From the IMG/VR virus record IMGVR_UViG_3300021399_004696: a stretch of 63,371 bases of DNA; one strand, 5' to 3'. The notes beneath the pieces were generated by a model. It saw only the letters and a program-made list of their open reading frames with translations, did not search any database and was not told the origin of the DNA. How positions within the stretch are numbered: the first letter of the stretch is position 1; each line of letters starts with the position of its first letter. Source of the stretch: an uncultured virus (IMG/VR IMGVR_UViG_3300021399_004696) (lineage: Duplodnaviria > Heunggongvirae > Uroviricota > Caudoviricetes). Shown piece by piece: positions 57,810 to 63,371 of the stretch. Made by a program: the position numbers and the translations under genes.

Positions 57810-57840
57810 CCGGGCTTTCGGTCACAAAATCCTCGATAAT
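57810..57840 (+). promoter_or_regulatory. CCGGG-N20-GATAAT element promoter
   Basis: Recurrent fixed-spacing motif. Confidence 0.7.
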
Positions 57841-57868
57841 ATAAGAAATAAAAAAGGAGGTATCGGTT

Positions 57869-58261
57869 ATGGACCCTAATAGTTTGTTTGGTGGTGGAGC
57901 AGTACAGGATTCTGTTGCTTCTTATAGAGATAAGTTCGAAGATCTTACCGGTGAGTATGCCGATCTTCAGCAGGCCATAGATGAACTCAAGGCAAGACAG
58001 GATGAGATCAAAGAAGATCTTATGAAAGAAATGAATAGCTTCGGGCTGAAGTCTGAAAAGAGTTCAACTTGTACTTTCTATCTGACTGGCGGATCTACAA
58101 AGAAGTCTATTAAGGCTTCTGATGTTGAGAAGAAGTTGCCTGGTGTTTATAAGATGATCGAAAAGGCAGGCCTTGTTAATGTAAGTACCAGTAAGCCTGG
58201 TATTACGGTAAAGGTTAATAAGCCTGAAAAGAACCCTGATGGTAACGCTAAAGATCTTTAA
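57869..58261 (+). CDS. hypothetical coiled-coil protein (C-terminus AKDL)
   Basis: AAGGAGG RBS. Confidence 0.75.
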   Translation: MDPNSLFGGGAVQDSVASYRDKFEDLTGEYADLQQAIDELKARQDEIKEDLMKEMNSFGLKSEKSSTCTFYLTGGSTKKSIKASDVEKKLPGVYKMIEKAGLVNVSTSKPGITVKVNKPEKNPDGNAKDL

Positions 58262-58272
58262 GAGGTGAACTT

Positions 58273-58587
58273 ATGATCCCCACGGAAGGAAGCAGAATAC
58301 TGTATATCAAGGCGGATTCGCCTGAGCATCTTGCTTTAAAACTTTCAGCTTTTACAGGGATTCACAGAGTTATAGACATCAACTATAGAGAGCATATTAA
58401 CAACAATTATGATCGAGAGTACGGTGCGTACGTTATGTATACTCCAATGGCTGATGATGATGATCTCGTTAAAGATGAAACTCAAGCCTATTTAGAGCTG
58501 AAAGAGAAAGAAGAACAGAAAGTTAATGAATACAAAACGTTGCTTGGGGAAATCCCCCGAGAAAGCGGATTGTATGTAGAAGACTAA
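58273..58587 (+). CDS. hypothetical protein
   Basis: GAGGTG RBS. Confidence 0.68.
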   Translation: MIPTEGSRILYIKADSPEHLALKLSAFTGIHRVIDINYREHINNNYDREYGAYVMYTPMADDDDLVKDETQAYLELKEKEEQKVNEYKTLLGEIPRESGLYVED

Positions 58588-58608
58588 AAAAACACATATC
58601 TACATGTT

Positions 58609-58640
58609 GGCCGACTCGATTATTTCGGGTCGGTCTTTTT
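58609..58640. terminator. terminator between convergent genes
   Basis: GGCCGACTCGA..TCGGGTCGGTC stem plus TTTT. Confidence 0.6.
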
Positions 58641-59073
58641 ATTCGTCATCTAAATCAGGAATGAGTTCTGAATACACGGTTTCGGGGATATCCATATTTC
58701 GAGTAAAAGTTAAATAATCACAAAAGCGGATCAGATCTTCTACCGTTTTGCAGTTATCAAACTGCTTTCTGAGCTTTTCATAAGCAGGGCGGGAGATCTG
58801 GTCAATAAGATAGGCTTTTTTCAATATTTTGCCTATTTTCTTTTGTGACTTAGCGCACTTTTTCTGATTCCATATCGGATGTTCATGATTACGCTCCAGA
58901 AAAGGACACTGCTTTTTCAAGCAATCGTGGGATTTTAACAGTTTTGTCGTTAAATAGCCCGGATGTGTATGCAAATGACAATAACCGACAGGAACAGCAG
59001 CCGGCACACCTTTTGTAATAGTCAATTTCATTCGATGATTAGGTCTGTCTGTAAAGGGAACTTGATTCTCCAT
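58639..59073 (-). CDS. Cys/His-rich hypothetical protein
   Basis: PVGYC..H.GYLT..HDC..C; similar to 35621-35917. Confidence 0.7.
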   Translation of the reverse strand: MENQVPFTDRPNHRMKLTITKGVPAAVPVGYCHLHTHPGYLTTKLLKSHDCLKKQCPFLERNHEHPIWNQKKCAKSQKKIGKILKKAYLIDQISRPAYEKLRKQFDNCKTVEDLIRFCDYLTFTRNMDIPETVYSELIPDLDDE

Positions 59074-59085
59074 ACTTTGTACCTC

Positions 59086-60126
59086 TTACTCATCAAAAGA
59101 CAATAGATTCCGGTTTGCTTCTTTTCTTTTGTCTGAAAGGTTGGCGTAATGATTTTTAGTCGTCGAAACATCTTTGTGTCCCAACGATTCAGCTACTAAA
59201 TATATATCACCGGTCTTTTCATATAACTGCGTTGCAAAGGTAGCCCTGAGCTTATGAGGGGTTATATGTTTGCCAGGCAGGGAAGAGGAGGCGTATTTTT
59301 TGATGATTACTTCAATACTACGCACCGAAAGACGGGTGTATCTGGATGATAAAAAGAGAGCTTTTTCTTCTTTATCAACCTTTTTCAGATCTTTTCGCCA
59401 GTCCATATAATCAACTAAATACGCAGAAGCCTCGTCGGAAAAGTACACAGTAGCTTCATTACCGCCTTTCCTTGTAATATGAATGCACGAACGGTTAAGA
59501 TCTACATCGTTTACGTCCAATTCAGAGCATTCAGATACACGTATTCCGGACGAAAGCATCAGATAAACTATTGCCAGATCCCTTTTTGATTGTATTTTAT
59601 GGTATTGGCGCTGTTTTTCGGTCATAGAGGCATTTCCTTTGACCGCAGCAATAAAAGTTTTAGTTTCATCCTCGTCCATCTTTATGATCTCTTTTTTGGG
59701 AATCTTGGGCTGAGGTACCTTACTGATCTCATATGAATTGATAAGCTCTTCAGAATAAAGATACTTGAAAAAAGCTTTTAAAGCGGACAATTTGCGGGAA
59801 AGAGACCGACGGCCGTTTGTTATTTCGGTTTCTTCATGTTCGTAATGTTCAAGATATTCCAGATATTCTTCATAAAAGGTTCTCTTCAAATCTTGAAGAA
59901 CCGTAAGCTCGATCGACGAGCATCGATCCTGTACATAACGCAAAAACATCTGAATATCTTTCAAGTATTCATAACGAGTTCTTGGCGAAGTCCGGTTATG
60001 GATCGACCGGATGTAATCCTTAACATAAGCCGGCATCTGAACCATCAATTCGTTACATTTGTCGATATATTTGATTTCTGTTTGTTTATGACTTCCCATG
60101 GCTTCGTAATAGCATATTTCAAACAT
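59086..60126 (-). CDS. tyrosine recombinase, XerC/XerD family
   Basis: GIRVSE, RKGG, HKLR, LGH..TT..Y catalytic set; start uncertain. Confidence 0.92.
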   Translation of the reverse strand: MFEICYYEAMGSHKQTEIKYIDKCNELMVQMPAYVKDYIRSIHNRTSPRTRYEYLKDIQMFLRYVQDRCSSIELTVLQDLKRTFYEEYLEYLEHYEHEETEITNGRRSLSRKLSALKAFFKYLYSEELINSYEISKVPQPKIPKKEIIKMDEDETKTFIAAVKGNASMTEKQRQYHKIQSKRDLAIVYLMLSSGIRVSECSELDVNDVDLNRSCIHITRKGGNEATVYFSDEASAYLVDYMDWRKDLKKVDKEEKALFLSSRYTRLSVRSIEVIIKKYASSSLPGKHITPHKLRATFATQLYEKTGDIYLVAESLGHKDVSTTKNHYANLSDKRKEANRNLLSFDE

Positions 60127-60273
60127 ATATTCAATACCTTTGCGTTTAATCTGTATTTTCCGCAAAGATAAGTATTTTCAGTTTTACTCTTCCCTTTATA
60201 GAATTCTGCAAAAGAAAAGCGCCGAGGGACCGACGCTGATCTTTTTGATTAGGTAGTGATTTGACATCACTTA

Positions 60274-60747
60274 TCATAAAGCCGAAACTTTAGCTTCGTG
60301 ATCTTCTGCAGGCACCGCGGTATCAATAAGAAGATCCACGGTCTTAGGAGTGCATACAAATGTAGTCTTTACAGGCGTAGGCTCTATCTTACCTTCGAAT
60401 GCATATACTGCACCGGATATATAATCGACTACACGCTGGTTATTGGCATTAGGTGTAAGATTGCATATTACGATATGGCCCATCCTTACATGGTCACACA
60501 CGATCTGACTTGTTCTTATATCATAAGGTGTAAGCATTACGACCGTAGCTGCGGGCGTAGGCGGAACTATAGGTGTAGGTTCAGGATTGATCGGAGGTTG
60601 CTCCGACTGTCCTTCGTCGTACCCGTAAGGAATCTCTTCACTATCGTAGTCCATATACTCCCCCACCCTTTCTTCAGAATCGTCGTCACGATCGTAAATG
60701 TATTCGTAATCAATGAATTTGTTTATAAGCGAACTGAACTTTCCCAT
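60274..60747 (-). CDS. sepF: cell-division protein SepF homologue
   Basis: IVCDHVRMGHIVICNL..QRVVDYISGAVYAFEGKI..FVCTP..V; amphipathic N-terminus MGKFSSLINKF. Confidence 0.82.
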   Translation of the reverse strand: MGKFSSLINKFIDYEYIYDRDDDSEERVGEYMDYDSEEIPYGYDEGQSEQPPINPEPTPIVPPTPAATVVMLTPYDIRTSQIVCDHVRMGHIVICNLTPNANNQRVVDYISGAVYAFEGKIEPTPVKTTFVCTPKTVDLLIDTAVPAEDHEAKVSAL

Positions 60748-60939
60748 CCTTGTCAAACCCTCCTGTATCGGCTTTATACATTGAATGTAGATTTACTTAA
60801 TTAACTATTCAACACCAAAATGACTATTGTAAAGAAAACGCAGCATTGACCCCCTTCCCAGAAGTAACACGTTTTGGTCCGAACCTATAAATTATAAAGT
60901 TAGTATTTTTATATATAATAATACAGGGGGTATTTTAAG

Positions 60940-61203
60940 ATGCAGCTAAATGAAGTTAAAGATAAAAAGAGTCTGTCTGAATACATACATTCCAACTTTA
61001 CCGTTGACGGTACGACAGCGAGGATATTAGACAGTGTTATCAACTACGCCGATCGCATCACAGATGATCTGGAAAGAGCAAAGTTCCTGGATGAGATCTT
61101 TTCTAATATAGGAATGGAACCTGAAGAGACTGCGTTTATAGCATGTAAGGTTTATGAACCTTTTACTGAAGACCTGCACCCTATTTCCGATCTTTTTAAC
61201 TAA
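60940..61203 (+). CDS. hypothetical protein
   Basis: ORF with RBS. Confidence 0.62.
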   Translation: MQLNEVKDKKSLSEYIHSNFTVDGTTARILDSVINYADRITDDLERAKFLDEIFSNIGMEPEETAFIACKVYEPFTEDLHPISDLFN

Positions 61204-61328
61204 ATTTTGCAAGAAATCTCCCACCTCTATAGGTGGTGGGATAAATTGCAAGCTATCTTGACATCATATTTTTCTTTTATTATAATCTAATTAAAATTCA
61301 GTCGTAATCTGAAAGGTGCCGTATTTTT

Positions 61329-61736
61329 ATGGATTTTGACACTAATAATCATTCAGTATTCAAATTACATTATCATCTTATTATGTGCGTGAAATATCGT
61401 AATAAAGTTATTACAGATGATATATCTTTGCGACTAAAGAATATTTTTGAATATATTGCGCCTAATTACAATATAGTGTTAGAAGAATGGAATCACGACA
61501 TAGATCATGTACATATACTTTTTAGAGGAGCACCAAATACAGAAATAAGTAAATTTATTAACGCTTATAAGTCTGCGAGTAGCCGACTTATCAAAAAAGA
61601 ATATCCTCAAATACGGAAATCTCTTTGGAAAGAGATGTTCTGGTCGCAGAGCTTTTGTCTTATATCTACGGGAGGAGCAACCACAGATACAATTAAACAA
61701 TATATACAATCGCAGGGCAAGAAAAATGGCAAATAA
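61329..61736 (+). CDS. tnpA: IS200-type Y1 HUH transposase
   Basis: YHLIMCVKYR, DHVHILF, KSASSR, FWSQSF, YIQSQ. Confidence 0.95.
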   Translation: MDFDTNNHSVFKLHYHLIMCVKYRNKVITDDISLRLKNIFEYIAPNYNIVLEEWNHDIDHVHILFRGAPNTEISKFINAYKSASSRLIKKEYPQIRKSLWKEMFWSQSFCLISTGGATTDTIKQYIQSQGKKNGK

Positions 61737-62859
61737 AGCAATTAAGTTCAGATTATATCCGACTTCCGAGCAAGAAGTTATATTTGCCAAAACTTTCGGT
61801 TGTTGTCGAAAGATCTATAATCTGATGCTTGAAGATAAGATTGCATTATACAGGAATAATAAAACTTTTGGTAAGCAAACCCCGGCTATGTATAAAACAA
61901 CATATCCTTTTCTTAAAGAAGTAGACAGCCTTGCGCTTGCTAATGTTCAGTTAAATTTGCAAAGTGCTATGAGAAATTGCTTTGATAAGAAACGCAAAAA
62001 GAAAAATGGCTTCCCTAAATTCAGATCATCAAAGCATAGTCGTAAATCCTATACCACCAATAATCAAAATGGCACTATTGCAATAATTGATAATAGGTAT
62101 ATCAAACTCCCCAAAATTGGAGAAGTCAAAGCAGTAATTCATAGAGAACCTGAGTTAGACTGGATAATTAAGTCTGCCACTATATCACAGGATAGTAATG
62201 GAAAGTTTTATGCATCTATTTTGTTTGAGTTTGATAAGACAATCGCTAAAGTTCCTATATCTGACAATGCTATTGGGTTGGATTATGCTTCTGATGGATT
62301 ATATGTTGATGATAATGGAAACATAGGTTCTAATCATAAATTCTACAAAGAAAGTCATAAGAAACTTGCTAAAGAACAGAGAAGATTGTCCAGAAGAGTA
62401 GGTTCTAAAAAGAACTCGGTGAAATCTAATAACTATCTAAAGCAGCTTCGCAAGGTAAATAAGATACATAAGCATATCGCAAATCAGCGTTTGGATAATC
62501 TTCACAAGAAGTCAACTGCGATAGCCAAGCAGTATGATGTTGTTTGTGTTGAAAGTCTGAATATGAAGTCTATGTCAAATAAAGGTTTTGGTAATGGGAA
62601 AGCCACTATGGATAACGGTTATGGTATGTTTCTTAATATGCTTGAATACAAATTAGCAGAAAGAGGAAAATACTTTGTCAAGGTTGATAAGTGGTTTCCA
62701 TCTAGTCAATTGTGTCATTGTTGTGGAACTCTGCACAAAGAAATGAAAGACTTATCCATCAGGACTTTGCGATGCGCGTGTGGTACAGTGATTAGCCGTG
62801 ATCAAAATGCCGCTATAAACATCAGAAATGAAGGGTTGCGGATATTAAATTCTGCATAA
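61726..62859 (+). CDS. tnpB: TnpB RNA-guided endonuclease
   Basis: GLDYA, VCVESL, CHCC..CAC, RDQNAAINI. Confidence 0.95.
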   Translation: MANKAIKFRLYPTSEQEVIFAKTFGCCRKIYNLMLEDKIALYRNNKTFGKQTPAMYKTTYPFLKEVDSLALANVQLNLQSAMRNCFDKKRKKKNGFPKFRSSKHSRKSYTTNNQNGTIAIIDNRYIKLPKIGEVKAVIHREPELDWIIKSATISQDSNGKFYASILFEFDKTIAKVPISDNAIGLDYASDGLYVDDNGNIGSNHKFYKESHKKLAKEQRRLSRRVGSKKNSVKSNNYLKQLRKVNKIHKHIANQRLDNLHKKSTAIAKQYDVVCVESLNMKSMSNKGFGNGKATMDNGYGMFLNMLEYKLAERGKYFVKVDKWFPSSQLCHCCGTLHKEMKDLSIRTLRCACGTVISRDQNAAINIRNEGLRILNSA

Positions 62860-62864
62860 CTTCA

Positions 62865-63020
62865 ACCATATGGTAGGGTTGGAGCAACCCGAACCTAACG
62901 CCTGTGGACATTGTGTAAGACGCAGATTATAGTAATTTCTATGAGATGCGCAGTAGTGGTTGAAGCAGGAAGCTCCGACTTCTATAAGTCGGGGTAGTTC
63001 ACATAAGAGTTTGATACTGT
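62865..63020 (+). ncRNA. omega-RNA (reRNA) of the IS605 TnpB, guide from 63003
   Basis: GTAGGG..CCCGAAC..ACGCCTGTGGA..TGAAGCAGGAAGC..hairpin..GTTCAC; boundaries approximate. Confidence 0.75.
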
Positions 63021-63153
63021 TTTAAATATCTTATCTAAAGTTTCCTGAGACGCTTCCTTTGCCGGAGGCGTTTTGATTTTAAGGGCATTTTCAGATTCTG
63101 CAGAGATAATTTTCAGCAGTCATAGCGACCTCTTCTCTCCGTTGAAAGTCTTC

Positions 63154-63371
63154 TCGAAGACGAATTGCATTGAACTTAAAGTTCAACGTTAACAGACCAT
63201 TAAACTTCGAGGTAAACAAGGACTCAATACCCTCAATTCGAGAGTATTTACTTGATATTGGATCGGAGTTCTACATGATTTTTCCTGTCGAAGACGAATT
63301 GTATTGAACTTTAAGTTCAACGGTAACAGACCATTAAACTTTGAGGTAAACAAGGACTCAATATCCTCAAT
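63154..63371. repeat. tandem direct repeat, 134-bp period, truncated by the window end
   Basis: 63154-63237 vs 63288-63371: 79/84 identical; each unit has palindrome TTGAACT-N3-AGTTCAA. Confidence 0.85.

Larger units (their letters stand above)
61210..63002 (+). mobile_element. IS200/IS605-family insertion sequence (tnpA + tnpB)
   Basis: Left-end hairpin TCCCACCTCTATAGGTGGTGGGA (61219-61241); right-end hairpin TCCGACTT..AAGTCGGG plus TAGTTCAC ending at 63002; AT-rich; left boundary approximate. Confidence 0.9.

Noticed and set aside
60879..60910. dif-like site near the recombinase (CCTATAA-ATTATA)
   Set aside because: The right arm does not resemble TTATGTAAACT
63188..63197. GTTAACAGAC shared with the truncated terminal CRISPR repeat (7751-7760)
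   Set aside because: 10-mer only, and altered in the second tandem unit; compatible with chance
1..63371. tRNA/rRNA genes, cas1/cas2, phage structural or T4SS genes
   Set aside because: None recognisable in this window, so the plasmid-versus-phage identity stays an inference

Overview
A 63 kb piece of a large extrachromosomal element from a Clostridia-like Firmicute. It is most likely a megaplasmid or conjugative element; a large phage cannot be excluded, but no virion or T4SS genes lie in this window. Almost all genes are on the + strand: about 90 mostly small hypothetical ORFs plus host-like DNA and transcription genes (RpoD-type sigma, dUTPase, SSB, DnaN, UvrD and SNF2 helicases, Toprim primase, tyrosine recombinase, SepF), two PcfJ-like proteins, ArdC, an EcoRI-family MTase/DUF262-HNH cassette and an intact IS200/IS605 element. 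The main finding is a 402-aa TnpB-family RuvC nuclease (5740-6948) with no tnpA. It is followed by a TnpB omega-RNA-like scaffold that lacks its 3' end and runs straight into a 10-repeat CRISPR array (36-bp repeats, 29-30-bp spacers) with no cas1/cas2, which looks like a TnpB-to-type V CRISPR intermediate. Two further element-wide patterns are visible: about 25 copies of a non-canonical promoter (CCGGG-N20-TATAAT-like) and a shared C-terminal [R/H/K]-x-L tail on at least 19 unrelated proteins. Family assignments are from motif recognition by eye; no database searches were run.
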